Assembly: GCA_013288555.1 (NCBI GenBank)
Contig: JABDBQ010000002.1
Coordinates: 51,313-115,312, forward strand
Reading direction: 5' to 3'
Length of the DNA stretch: 64,000 nt
From: Bacteroidota bacterium
GTDB taxonomy: Bacteria > Bacteroidota > Bacteroidia > CAILMK01
The position numbers and the translations under genes are program-made. Each line of letters starts with the position of its first letter. The stretch's first letter is position 1. The notes beneath the pieces are model-generated. The model saw only the letters and a program-made list of their open reading frames with translations. It did no database searches and was not told the DNA's origin. This document shows positions 51,501 through 62,100 of this stretch, one piece after another.

Positions 51501-52296
51501 TATTACCTGGAATACCAATGATGAAATCGGCAAGCTTGTAAGTGAATATAATACCATGATCGTAGCACTAAAAGAAAGTGTGGACCGGCTGGCACAATCT
51601 GAACGAGAGGACGCTTTGAGAGAATTGGCGCAACACGTAGCACATGAAATCAAGAATCCGCTAACGCCAATGAAACTTGGTGTCCAGCAGTTGCAAAATG
51701 CATACAGAAACAAGTCGGCCGACTATGATATTTTATTTGAAAAAGTAACCAATCTCGTCATCCGGCAAATTGATACATTGTCATCTATTGCAACCGATTT
51801 TAATGATTCGGCAAAAATCGGAAATCCTGTTCCGTTGAATATAAATTTATTGCTCCAGCAGATCAGTGATCTATTCAGTCATAATGCTTCACTCAGTATC
51901 AGGCATGATTTTGATCCAAAATCAGATCTTTTGGTATTTGCAGATGCAAATAAACTCAATCGTGTCTTTACCAATCTGCTCAATAATGCTGTTCAGGCAA
52001 TACCGGAAACCCGAAGGGGAATTATCACCATCAGAAGCAGGCAAAACGAAGATGAAGTGATCGTATCCATTGAAGATAATGGCTCCGGAATTCCAGACCT
52101 CCTTCGTAAAAAAATATTCATTCCGAATTTCAGTACTAAATCTTCTGGCACAGGACTTGGCTTAGCTATTGTAAAAGCCATTATCGAACAGGCAGGGGGA
52201 AATATCAGCTTTACGAGTATCGTTGATAAAGGTTCAGTATTTACAGTTTCGCTTCCTCTTTATCATTCAGTGGCAACCACAGAATCCATTGAATAA
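48541..52296 (+). CDS. Large multi-TM sensor histidine kinase (7TM-receptor-like sensor, HAMP, HisKA, HATPase)
   Basis: Many hydrophobic helices. H-box HVAHEIKNPLTP, N/G boxes (LLNNAVQA; GTGLGL). No response regulator is adjacent. The start could be at 48589. Confidence 0.75.
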   Translation: MDIFGRRFEHEVHRHQMHMLKKWQYISGIVGILLLVISLLSDTWLYPNISQAYAKSQAKHVQHSLLEKQKEADNLLQTVAAIPLNKLQSSYNQLYDNSNSAHILLYIKRIDGGFVYYSSNSVFPQTVVFSATDSELQHLPNGYYLQNNLLANGLIYIALVPVQYQYTIENEYLKNTIPFLKTNNDFTLSRNQKQGYPVYDLSHRYLFSLSAKTALEPFGWIALLFIAGLVLFFTFCSKVISDLITHQKKLWASSIYLFANAFFIYSWKIVRLPDNLYRFPIFSSHYYGSSAFFSSLGDLLIFSLIIGVAFVFIRKIRIRLHFPDFLNYFFLFLFTVISCFFSVGIVKLISSLILDSIISFDLGNIFSLDLYSVSGIVIILILVACYFLFFDYFSRSVFGKIKSTPLFLLIAFFAFVIVGFIVSNLSGTYYIAYAFNTVTVLLYYYKTKIFRFNLVAFTLACITATSVFLSIVLSKYNGLNESDDRQTIATSIITERDYFAEYLFTGIYDGIEQDNYLKNYFTLPVISEPVLESRIKQVYLSGYFSKYEVVVNTFNPDGSSYKNILAKPLSFYSALLEKEGTPVGSDRLYFLHLHTGLPTYVSQIPISVQGRVVGIILIEFQQKPFYEESIYPELLVSENLRKYSIKEKYSYAVYSNGMLLNQKGEYAYPGFQNFKVQLDSNNFASVNKDGFEHLLYQPHPDLLVIVSARSQGWVYYLSSFAFVFLFIVIGFLSGILTRFLYRISNVILRHKQHLIRKIFGLQNLSFRNKILITVITGMTLSIILIGIVTVSYIRVQYNNDELINLRKKTRLIATKLSDELQQNEKQPELGGPDLPLMVKTLSDNYQADINIFSVKGNLVNSTENAIFDKGIIAPEMDASAFQKFSQEQTSQVINEERIGKLKYLSCYIPLRNLTGQVIGYLNLPYFSKEQELKDRISSFVVTLVNLYFLLFLILVVLGVFMTRALTLPLNIIRNHLKNTSLSGSNEFITWNTNDEIGKLVSEYNTMIVALKESVDRLAQSEREDALRELAQHVAHEIKNPLTPMKLGVQQLQNAYRNKSADYDILFEKVTNLVIRQIDTLSSIATDFNDSAKIGNPVPLNINLLLQQISDLFSHNASLSIRHDFDPKSDLLVFADANKLNRVFTNLLNNAVQAIPETRRGIITIRSRQNEDEVIVSIEDNGSGIPDLLRKKIFIPNFSTKSSGTGLGLAIVKAIIEQAGGNISFTSIVDKGSVFTVSLPLYHSVATTESIE

Positions 52297-52321
52297 ATGT
52301 TGATTGCCGAATAATTATCAA

Positions 52322-53968
52322 CTATTGAACCAAAGCGTCTTCAATATTTGAAAACACATTTTCGGCACCTATTTTTTCAAGCAATCCGAATTTTTCAATT
52401 TCACGGAAAACGTCAGGCTGTATTTCTGAAAGTTCAAACCTGATATTCTGCTTTTTCGATTCCTTAAATACCGTTTCCAACGCATTTATTGCTGTGGCGT
52501 CAATGATGGGTACAAAACGCATCCTGATAATAATCGTCTTCGGTGGGTTCTCCATAACTGCAATGGCTTCTTTAAATTTATAGGCGGCGCCAAAAAAGAA
52601 CGGGCCCTTTATTTCAAAAACCTCAACGCCTTTCGGAACGGTATAATTTTTAATAGCCTTGGGATCATTATCATCTTCTTCGTCTGATGTTTCACCCGTA
52701 ACCATATCAACTTTAGATACTTTAGCCATCCTGCTGATAAATAGAAATGCTGCCAGTACCAACCCGATTTCGATAGCAACGGTAAGGTCAACCAGTACCG
52801 TTAGTATAAATGTTGCCACCAGGACCATTGCATCAGCTCTGGGGCCTTTCAGCAGTCCTACAAAAGATCGCCATTCGCTCATATTATAGGCTACCACCAC
52901 CAGGATTCCGGCGAGGCAAGCCATAGGGATCAACTTAGCCCACTGCCCTACAAACAGCATGATTAATAATAACGTAACCGCATGGATCATACCGGCTACA
53001 GGAGTGCGTCCTCCATTTTTTACATTGGTTGCAGTTCTTGCAATAGCACCTGTAACGGGTATGCCTCCAAAAATGGAAGACGCGATATTTGCGACACCCT
53101 GGGCTACCAGTTCCATGTTTGATCTGTTGTTGCCTCCTATCATGCCATCTGCTACAACGGCGCTTAGGAGCGACTCTATGGCGCCCAGAAGAGCAATAGT
53201 AAAGGCAGGCCGCACCAGGTGCTGAATTACAGCCAGGTCAATATGATCGACGATGGGTTTGGGTATCCCACCGTGTATAGCCCCGAAGCGGGAACCTATG
53301 GTTTCGACAGGAAGATGAAAAATGACAGCCGCTGCTGTACAAACGAGTATGGCTACAAGGGCCCCCGGTATCCTGTGGGTAATTTTTGACATGAATACGA
53401 TAATAATTACCGTTGCCAGGCCAACAAGAAGCGCGTAAATATTTACTACATTGAAGTGATCAAAATAGGCGATCCATTTCTGCAGAAAACCGGCAGGAAC
53501 TGCGTCCATGGTTAAACCAAAAAAATCCTTGACTTCAGAAGAAAAGATGATAAGGGCAATACCGGCAGTGAATCCTACAATTAATGGATGCGGAATGTAT
53601 TTGATAATGGCGCCAAGCCTCGCAAAACCCATGATAATGAGCATGAAACCAGCCATCAAGGTAGCAATCGTCAACCCAGCTATGCCATAGGTCTGAACGA
53701 TACCGTAAACAATAACGATAAAAGCGCCTGTTGGTCCGCCGATCTGAACTTTGCTCCCACCCAGTGCAGAAATGATAAAGCCTCCTACAACGGCGGTAAT
53801 CAATCCTTTCTCCGGTGAGACCCCGGAAGCAATTCCAAATGCAATAGCGAGCGGCAGCGCTACAATTCCCACAACAATCCCGGCAATTACATCCGCATAA
53901 AACTGTTTACGTGTATAGGTTTTTAGGGTTGTAAAGATCTTGGGGACGAAGGCTTTCGGGTTTCGCAA
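52322..53968 (-). CDS. SulP-family anion transporter with a C-terminal STAS domain
   Basis: N-terminal sulfate-transporter signature ([27 protein letters not shown]) and a STAS-like C-terminus. Confidence 0.8.
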   Translation of the reverse strand: MRNPKAFVPKIFTTLKTYTRKQFYADVIAGIVVGIVALPLAIAFGIASGVSPEKGLITAVVGGFIISALGGSKVQIGGPTGAFIVIVYGIVQTYGIAGLTIATLMAGFMLIIMGFARLGAIIKYIPHPLIVGFTAGIALIIFSSEVKDFFGLTMDAVPAGFLQKWIAYFDHFNVVNIYALLVGLATVIIIVFMSKITHRIPGALVAILVCTAAAVIFHLPVETIGSRFGAIHGGIPKPIVDHIDLAVIQHLVRPAFTIALLGAIESLLSAVVADGMIGGNNRSNMELVAQGVANIASSIFGGIPVTGAIARTATNVKNGGRTPVAGMIHAVTLLLIMLFVGQWAKLIPMACLAGILVVVAYNMSEWRSFVGLLKGPRADAMVLVATFILTVLVDLTVAIEIGLVLAAFLFISRMAKVSKVDMVTGETSDEEDDNDPKAIKNYTVPKGVEVFEIKGPFFFGAAYKFKEAIAVMENPPKTIIIRMRFVPIIDATAINALETVFKESKKQNIRFELSEIQPDVFREIEKFGLLEKIGAENVFSNIEDALVQ

Positions 53969-54117
53969 TGATCTTTGAATTTAGTACATGCCTGCAAAAA
54001 ATGAGCAGGCTATTTCCAAATGCAAAGAAACGCACTATAACCAGCAAAAAAAATGACTTTCATCATAAAAAGAAAGAAAAGATCACCGTCTGAATATTTG
54101 GCAAAGGCTTTTGCCGC

Positions 54118-54675
54118 TTATTTCATTTTTGTAAACAGCCCGATAAGTTCTCCCTGGGCAATCACTCTGCCTTTTATTGCTTTTTCAAGTTTGTCTTTAT
54201 AACTGTCAGGCGGTAGGTTTATGAGAGAATTGAGACAATATACTTTAAAATGATAGTGATGCGTTCCTTGAGGCGGACATGGTCCTATATATCCTTTTTT
54301 GTGGTTGCTGTTAAATCCCTGCACGGCACCGTGGTATGCTTCAGGAATATCAGGCATGGTTTGGTCGATATTCCACATCACCCAATGGTTAAACCCGTTT
54401 GCAACTGGTGCATCCGGATCATCTAATATCAATGCCATCGACTTGGTTCCTTCAGGTATCCCTTCGATATGAATAGGTGGATTGATATTGGCTCCTTTGC
54501 AGGTATATTTATCAGGAATCATTGTACCTGGCTCAAAAGCCGGACTTGTAATGGTTAAAGTTGCAATGTCATGTCCTTTTTCCATTTTAATATTTTTAGA
54601 TAAATGATTGCCGGGCATAATCATAGTTCCAATAGCTATGGTTATCGCCGCCAGTGTCGATGCTAAGTTTATCAT
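54118..54675 (-). CDS. YbhB/YbcL-family (PEBP/Raf-kinase-inhibitor-like) protein
   Basis: Signal peptide. DPDAP and HW..WNI blocks. Confidence 0.7.
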   Translation of the reverse strand: MINLASTLAAITIAIGTMIMPGNHLSKNIKMEKGHDIATLTITSPAFEPGTMIPDKYTCKGANINPPIHIEGIPEGTKSMALILDDPDAPVANGFNHWVMWNIDQTMPDIPEAYHGAVQGFNSNHKKGYIGPCPPQGTHHYHFKVYCLNSLINLPPDSYKDKLEKAIKGRVIAQGELIGLFTKMK

Positions 54676-54812
54676 ATCGTTAATCGCTTAATGTTGTATT
54701 TTGAACCTGCAAATTAAAAAAGTTTTAACAATCTTCGCTAAAGTCATTGCTTTGTTGAATGAAAATTCAGGGGTTTTGACACTAATTCCTTTAATTTTGC
54801 CTCAAAAATACC

Positions 54813-55850
54813 ATGAACCCCATTTTATCCGTCGCAGATTATCGCTCAGATACCGTAACACGTCCAACTCCCGCCATGCTTGAAGCCATGTTCCATGCAA
54901 AAGTTGGCGATGATGTTTTTGAGGACGATCCAACAATTCATGAACTTGAGGAAAAAGGTGCGTCGATGTTTGGAAAAGAGGCGGCATTATTCTGCACCTC
55001 GGGTACCATGACCAACCAGATCGCTATTAAAGTGCATACACAGCCGGGAGATGAAGTGATTTGTGATAAAAATGCGCACATCTATTCACATGAGGGTGGT
55101 GGAATTGCCTTTAATTCAGGGGCTTCCGTGAGGTTAATTGATGGAGACAGGGGCCGACTGAATGCAAACCAGGTTGAAGAAAATATCAATCCCGATAACA
55201 TTCACAACCCGATCACAAGACTTGTGGCTCTTGAAAATACTGTGAACCGTGGGGCAGGCAGTTATTATGATCTGAATGAAATAAAAAAGATCCGACAAAT
55301 AACCGATAGTCATGGTTTGATCCTGCATCTTGATGGTGCGCGCATCTTCAATGCTCTTGCCGAAACCGGGGAAAGTCCGAAGGAATACGGAGCCGTTTTT
55401 GATTCCATTTCAGTTTGTCTTTCTAAGGGATTAGGTGCTCCTGTCGGATCTCTTTTGCTGGGTACAAAAGCCATGATCAAAAAAGCAAGACGCATCCGTA
55501 AGGTGATGGGAGGTGGCTGGCGGCAGGCCGGGTTCCTCGCAGCTGCCGGAATATATGCCCTGGATCATAACATAACCAGGCTGAAAGAAGATCATATAAG
55601 GGCTGAAAAACTTCACAAAACAATTTCAGGTTTAAGCTATGTGGATTCCGTGTTTCCACAAGATACCAATATTATTATTTTTAAACTGAAAGATGATATA
55701 AATGTACCTGATTTTCAACAGTTTTTGAAGAATCAGAATATATTGATCAGCCCCATGGGCAAGCAGTCTGTAAGGCTGGTAACGCATCTGGATATCAATG
55801 ATGAAATGATAGGTAGAACCATTGAATCTTTGAAACAATTCAAGGGTTAA
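54813..55850 (+). CDS. Low-specificity L-threonine aldolase
   Basis: YRSDTVTRPT N-terminus and PLP-lysine region typical of the family. Confidence 0.75.
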   Translation: MNPILSVADYRSDTVTRPTPAMLEAMFHAKVGDDVFEDDPTIHELEEKGASMFGKEAALFCTSGTMTNQIAIKVHTQPGDEVICDKNAHIYSHEGGGIAFNSGASVRLIDGDRGRLNANQVEENINPDNIHNPITRLVALENTVNRGAGSYYDLNEIKKIRQITDSHGLILHLDGARIFNALAETGESPKEYGAVFDSISVCLSKGLGAPVGSLLLGTKAMIKKARRIRKVMGGGWRQAGFLAAAGIYALDHNITRLKEDHIRAEKLHKTISGLSYVDSVFPQDTNIIIFKLKDDINVPDFQQFLKNQNILISPMGKQSVRLVTHLDINDEMIGRTIESLKQFKG

Positions 55851-55882
55851 AAGTTTTAATTACCAAATAATAAACTCAGGAA

Positions 55883-56287
55883 ATGCTAAATACTGACGAA
55901 AGAGTAGAAGTGGCCCGCTATCAGAAAGAAATAAAGGATATGCTTGGCCTGAAAACAGAAAATCTCGTATTCGAATTCGGGACAAGAAACAATGCCGTAA
56001 AACTTGATCTGGTTACAGTAAATCCCCGCCATAACCAATCATTTCTTTTCCATACTTCCGAAGGCATTGACAAGATTGATGCGCTGAAGAAAATGCGGGA
56101 ATATGTAAAGAAAAAATACAAAGAAGAAAACAGTTATACCATTCAGTGGACAACGGTAGATTCCAATGATTTACATACGTCGTATTTCCGGGCGAAAGAC
56201 ATGTACGGCGCGCTCGATAAACTTTATTACGGCAGGGATATGAATACGATATCGGTGTATATCGTCAAACTAAATCCAATATCTTGA
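55883..56287 (+). CDS. Hypothetical protein
   Basis: ORF only. Confidence 0.4.
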   Translation: MLNTDERVEVARYQKEIKDMLGLKTENLVFEFGTRNNAVKLDLVTVNPRHNQSFLFHTSEGIDKIDALKKMREYVKKKYKEENSYTIQWTTVDSNDLHTSYFRAKDMYGALDKLYYGRDMNTISVYIVKLNPIS

Positions 56288-56363
56288 GAATTACGAACCG
56301 AAATGATTGTGATAGCAATTACGAAATTAATTCAGGCCACCAATTCACAAAATCACCAATTCA

Positions 56364-56627
56364 CTAATTTCCTTCCCTGCAACTCGCAATCGCCTTCTCC
56401 AACTCTGCATTCACACGACTGCATGGGATCAGCATGTTTTTAGACAGCACATGAATTAATAGCGTAGCAGCAGGCTCATTCCACTCAAAATCTATAGTAA
56501 TGCTCATCGGTCCATGAATCGTTCCTTTGGTTCCTTCGAGGTCATATCCAAGCCCTTGGAGTTTGCCTTTCAGGGCGTTAAAAACCTTTGTGTCAACATT
56601 ATTAAAAGTTACGGGATCACATGACAT
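56364..56627 (-). CDS. Hypothetical small protein
   Basis: ORF only. Confidence 0.35.
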   Translation of the reverse strand: MSCDPVTFNNVDTKVFNALKGKLQGLGYDLEGTKGTIHGPMSITIDFEWNEPAATLLIHVLSKNMLIPCSRVNAELEKAIASCREGN

Positions 56628-56740
56628 GGTACTGGTATTTACAGGTGGATGTTAAATAATTGGCGCAATTTAAGTCTTTGAAAGATAAAACCTATAAGGT
56701 GTGTTTAACCTTATAAGTTTTATTAATACGAAAACTAAAC

Positions 56741-57028
56741 TTATCTTTTAACAGGATTCTGGCGGGTATCCCAAAATGTAATAAGATCAATATGTGTTGG
56801 ATATAACTTGTAAACAAGCATATTGTGTGGCGTAATTACAGCTTCATGGATGTTTAATACATGAGATTTGCGAAACATTTTCGGATTTAAAGAAATATAC
56901 CTGAGAACCTTTTCTGTTTCAACGATGAAATGCTTAACTTCTTTGGGAGTCCATTTGAATTCTAAGTATTCTATGACTTTTTCAAATGTTTCAACAGACT
57001 CAACTGTCCATCTTATTTCCCTAACCAT
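56741..57028 (-). CDS. Type II toxin, RelE/ParE family
   Basis: 95 aa. RelE/ParE-like pattern. Overlaps the upstream antitoxin-like gene by 16 nt. Confidence 0.6.
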   Translation of the reverse strand: MVREIRWTVESVETFEKVIEYLEFKWTPKEVKHFIVETEKVLRYISLNPKMFRKSHVLNIHEAVITPHNMLVYKLYPTHIDLITFWDTRQNPVKR

Positions 57029-57246
57029 TTTTCGTGTTTCTTCATAACTTCAGAATGAGGAATGGTTTGTCCTTTAGCAGATTGGCTCAGCCCCTTTGCC
57101 ACTGATAGTTTAATCTGTTCCGGTAAATGCTCATACCAATCATCTGCAGAAGAATCAAATGCAGCTTTGATATGATTAATTACTTCATCATCGGTTGTGT
57201 TTAAGATTTTCTTTACCAATTCTATTTTTTCTGAAGCTATATCCAT
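57013..57246 (-). CDS. Putative antitoxin (addiction-module component)
   Basis: 77-aa acidic protein immediately upstream of, and overlapping, the RelE/ParE gene. Confidence 0.5.
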   Translation of the reverse strand: MDIASEKIELVKKILNTTDDEVINHIKAAFDSSADDWYEHLPEQIKLSVAKGLSQSAKGQTIPHSEVMKKHEKWLGK

Positions 57247-57373
57247 GCTGTTTTAATATTATCCTGTACAAAGATACATGTCACAAAGATAAATAGTTTC
57301 CGGCACTTAAAAAACAAGCATAAAATATTGACAAACAATAATATGATCGCTTTAATATAATACTTTATAAAAC

Positions 57374-58930
57374 TTAGTTCTTCACAAACTTAGAAGTAGA
57401 AACAGATGTTCCGGTATTGATGGTCAGATAATAGATACCTGTTTGCAAAGAGGTTACATTCACTTGCTCTATGTTTCCATTCCCTATCGTCTGCGATTGC
57501 ACTGTTCTGCAGGTTATATCTGTTATGGTAAGAAGACCATGAATTGAATTTGAACCCAGGTCAATATTCAAACTTGAAGACGCAGGATTTGGATATATTT
57601 TAAAGTCTGAAGAATAGGCCGTCTCGATTCCGCTGTTATGTGTATAAAGGTATTCTGTTTTGGAATAATTATCAAATTTTGTTGCCACATTCGGGTCTGT
57701 ATTCTGAGCAATACATTCCGTAATATCATCATCCGCATCATAGGTATTTATATTGTTATTGCCTAATGAAGTATTGTACCAGCCACCCGCCCAATACCTT
57801 GGAAGATATGTTTTTATATCACCTCCGGTATAGTAGGATGTGCTGTCACTTGTATTGTTTACCCAGGCATTGTTCTGCCAGTTCTGGACGATGATATTTG
57901 TGGGTAAGCTGTCGCTGTTATAGGTATAAATATTTTTTTCAGGTGCACCCCATTTATTTGTTGCCGAATCAAATTTCATATCGGTATATCCAAGATATTT
58001 GTCACCGCCTACGCCAAGCATACCCTTTGTACCCAGAGTCTGATAATCAATTCTCAGGATAGGATCAAAATACAACCAGCTCATGTTATAAAAACTATCA
58101 GAAGGGGTTAATTTTTGCAACAAAGTGTCATAGGTCATTATCAAGGCATTGGTCACAGCGCCCTTACTATCAAGTGTTAACGATTCCTTCAGATCTGGGA
58201 CATAATTCCCGCTGGTACTCACACTCTGTACCATACCGTTTATAAAACCATTGTTATCAAAACTGAATGTTTCCTGTATTCCTTCTACAAGTATCCAGCT
58301 CCCTGCTGCATAGCTATAAGCTTTCAGACTGGTAAAGTCTCCCCGGGTATCATAGGTGATATCATACTTAATGTAATTGACCCAGGCATTTTGCGACCAC
58401 ATTTGCGCAACCGCCGATGCTATGCGATTGTTATTGTCAAAAGTTACCGTTTCACGTTCCATATTTACCCATTTGCCAAGCTGGAGTTCCTGGAAAACAA
58501 GACTTCCCGGAAAGTAATTGATCGTCACGTTATTATCAATATTCATAGCTTCCGGAATCTTTACAAAGCCTGATTCAATGGTTTTGGTTATCCCGCCATT
58601 GGAAACCGAATCCCAACTCTCGTCAGATATCGTGAGCGGGTTTTTGTTTATGTCCCAGGTGATCGTATATTTCTCAAAAGTATCTGCCCAGGTCTTGCCC
58701 ACGGTATCCCAAAGCCGGGTATAGATCAGGTAAGGTTCTTTCACAGATTGCTTATGCATGGCAGCATTGCTTTTTACGGTTGCCTGCACCTGTGCCATCA
58801 CGGCCCGGTAAGATGGCTTTTGAAGCATCTTAAAAACAAGAGGCAGGTTTTTAGGATTGGCTCGCACCTGCGCAAACAGGGTCACAGACAGAAACGAAAA
58901 GATCAGGAGGGGGAGGATAAATTTTTTCAT
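57374..58930 (-). CDS. Secreted hypothetical protein with a T9SS type-A C-terminal sorting domain
   Basis: Signal peptide. C-terminus KIYPNPASSSLNIDL...GIYYLTINT...KFVKN is the Por_Secre_tail pattern. Confidence 0.7.
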   Translation of the reverse strand: MKKFILPLLIFSFLSVTLFAQVRANPKNLPLVFKMLQKPSYRAVMAQVQATVKSNAAMHKQSVKEPYLIYTRLWDTVGKTWADTFEKYTITWDINKNPLTISDESWDSVSNGGITKTIESGFVKIPEAMNIDNNVTINYFPGSLVFQELQLGKWVNMERETVTFDNNNRIASAVAQMWSQNAWVNYIKYDITYDTRGDFTSLKAYSYAAGSWILVEGIQETFSFDNNGFINGMVQSVSTSGNYVPDLKESLTLDSKGAVTNALIMTYDTLLQKLTPSDSFYNMSWLYFDPILRIDYQTLGTKGMLGVGGDKYLGYTDMKFDSATNKWGAPEKNIYTYNSDSLPTNIIVQNWQNNAWVNNTSDSTSYYTGGDIKTYLPRYWAGGWYNTSLGNNNINTYDADDDITECIAQNTDPNVATKFDNYSKTEYLYTHNSGIETAYSSDFKIYPNPASSSLNIDLGSNSIHGLLTITDITCRTVQSQTIGNGNIEQVNVTSLQTGIYYLTINTGTSVSTSKFVKN

Positions 58931-59051
58931 AATGTTTTAATTTTAAAATGCCGGCTTCCGGCAGCGGGTTTCGATTTGTTCTGAATCCAAGACGGGCAAG
59001 GGGTAGGGAAAGTTACAGGATGGGGGAAATAATTTTTCCAGCTACCCAACA

Positions 59052-59069
59052 GGCATAAGGCGTAAGGCC
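59052..59069. repeat. Partial reverse-complement copy of the CCTTAYGCC repeat family
   Basis: ggcataaggcgtaaggcc is the reverse complement of ggccttacgccttatgcc. Confidence 0.5.
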
Positions 59070-59127
59070 GGAAATAATATACGCTGTCCGTCATTGGCGT
59101 TCCCGCCGACCACAGCCTATGTGCCTC

Positions 59128-62100
59128 TCACATCTTCACAAGCCTATAATTGGTTTTCCCTTGCGGTGTAATAACTTTCAGGATATATATACCTTTTTTT
59201 AACTGGTAGTTTGCAACGTCGATATTCCATTGGTATATCCCAGCTTGAATATATTTGTCGATGATGTTTCCTATTAGTTTTCCGTTCATATCATAAAGGT
59301 TGATCCTGAGGTTTGTATTGCTGCTTGTATTGCATTCTATGATCGTGTTTTCATCAAAAGGATTCGGGTAAACTTTAATATTTAATCCCCCGGTTATAAA
59401 GCCGGCAATTCCCGAAATGGTAACATTAATGTTTGAGTCCAGTTCACTGCTGCAACCATCTGTATCACTTACGGATAGTTTCACCGTATAAGTTTTATTT
59501 TTCGGAAAAATATGAATAGCGTGATACCCTTTAACCAATGGGCTGCCGTCTCCCAATGTCCAGGAATAATCTGTGCGGCTCAGGCTGCTATCCAGGGCCT
59601 GGAATATGTAGGTGCTGTCTGCATGATGTTCTTTCCAGAGAGCTACAGGTAACGGGTTCACCTTAACTAAAATAGAATCTTTTGCCTGGCAACCGAAAAA
59701 ATTTGTTTCAGATATTAAAACATATCCCCTACCGGTATCAGTCCAATCTAAAATAATGTTATTTGAATCTAAACGTGAAATAATATTTGCCCCCGAAAAT
59801 ACCCAGTAATATGAAGTCCCAGTATCCAAAGTAGTTTTATATACTGCTTTTGTGTTAAGGCAAACCTTGATAGCCCCTGATATTTGCGGCACGGGAGAAG
59901 GATTTACCGTCACAGTATTTTTAGCACTGTCAGCACAACCCTCTTTAGTTGTGGCAGTCAATTGTACGTGAAACAGATCAGCGCTTTTATAAACATGTGC
60001 GGGGTTCTGCACCGAAGAACTATCTCCGTCACCGAAAGACCATTTCCATTTCACAATGACCTGGGAACCACCGGAACTTAGATCCTGAAAAGTAAAACTA
60101 TTGCTATTAAAACATTCCGTACCCTCACTGTGAAACGATACTGTAGGATTTGAAAGTACTTTCACAGGTAGAGAAAAACTGTCTGTACAGCCGGCTTTGG
60201 TTTTCACGAATAATGTAACCGGATATGTCCCTGGAAATCCATAAGAATGAGACGCATTTTGGGTATTGACAGTATCGGGATTCTTAGTGTTGCCGGCAGG
60301 ATCGCCAAAAGTCCAAATCGCTGAAACAATGGAATCTAATGCGGAACTTTTATTTGTAAATATGAACTTATTACCTGTCAAGCACTGTGTGTTTTTTATG
60401 ATGCTGAATGAAGCGACGGGACTTGTCGTAATCGTCCTGGTTTGAGCGGAACCGGATTTGCAACCGAATTTTGTAGCCGCAGTAAGCGATATATGATAGG
60501 TGCCGTCTTTTTTAAATAAATGTGAGGGATTTTCAACGGCAGAACTATCACCATCTCCAAAATGCCAAGTCCAAGAACTGATAGGGTCTGCTGACGAACT
60601 CAGGTCTTTAAAATGAAAATTATTTCCATTATGGCAAGGCAGGCTGTCAACAAGTTGAAAAGCGGCCGAAAGATCTGAATGCACTTCTACTGTTTTTGAA
60701 ATCGTATCTGTACATGCAGATTTTGTCTTTACCTGCAGGAATACAGTATAAGTTCCCGGTTGGCTATAACTGTGGGCGGGATTTTGTGAAGTGGATGTAT
60801 TATGATCTCCAAAGTTCCATGACCAGGAAATAACTGTATCTACAGAAGTAGTTTTGTCTGTGAACAAAAAATTATTCCCACTTAAGCATTGGGAAGAATC
60901 ATTGATCTTAAAGGATGCAACTGGTGTGGGATAAACAAATACAGTTTTGATAAAAGAATCCACGCATCCATGGTCTGAAGTTGCAACAAGTTTTATTTTG
61001 TAAGTGCCTGGTTTGGTATAAGTATGATCCGGGTTTGCAGAGCTCGTAGTCGTATAATCACCGAAATCATAAACCTGTGATACGAGGGTGCCTACCGCAA
61101 TAGAGCTTTTATTTGTAAACTGAAAATAGTTAGAGGCGAAACACTGTCTGGTACCACTTACATTAAAGGAAGCAACAGGCTGATATTCTATTGTAACCGT
61201 ATTTGAACCGGTATCCACACATCCTTTGTCAGTGGTCACATTCAAAATGACCTTATACTTCCCGGGGCTTGTATATGTGTGAGTTGCGTTTTTAGAATTG
61301 GAAGTTGCACCGTCTCCAAAATCATATTTATAGCTTAAAATACTGTCAAAAGAATTGGTGCTTTTGCTCGTAAAAACAAAGCTGTTCCCCGATAAACATT
61401 GCGTATCTTTATTGATAGCAAATGCGACTTTTGATGCCGGGTAGATCGATACATTTTTTGAGGTTGTATCTATACATCCATAAATAGTACTTACTGCCAG
61501 GATTACTTTATGTGTCCCATCACTGAGATAGGTGTGCGAAGGGTTTTTATTTGAAGTTCCTGATCCTGAACCATCTCCAAAGTCATATATCCATGTGGCG
61601 ATTTTGCCCGCAGAAACAGTGCTGCTGTCTTTAAAAGCAAAACTGTTTCCATAGAGGCATGCTACGGTATCGTTCACATTGAACCTTGCTTTGGGAAATG
61701 GTTTTAGGACAACTTTTATGGAATCAGAGCTCGTGCATCCTGTGGCTTTTATTTTTTCGGTTAAATAATAGGTCGTTGCAGCATGAGGGATTGTTGCTAC
61801 TTTACTTTTTGATGAACTAAAACCCACAGGGTTAGAACTCCAGGTATAAGAATGCCCTCTTATGGAATCAGTACCCAAAAAAGTTGAATCACCCATGCAA
61901 ACTGCTGAATCATAGCCCACAAATGCCGTGGGTAAAGGAAAAGTAGCAATTGTAACAATCGATGTGTCATTATTATTATCACTGTCGTGTACGCCGTTTG
62001 GATTCGTTGTCCAGGCAGTAATTGTATTGTTGATTGCCGGAAAATAAAAATTGCCAATAGTTACAGTATCGTTGCCAAAATAATCAATGTTGCCTTTCCA

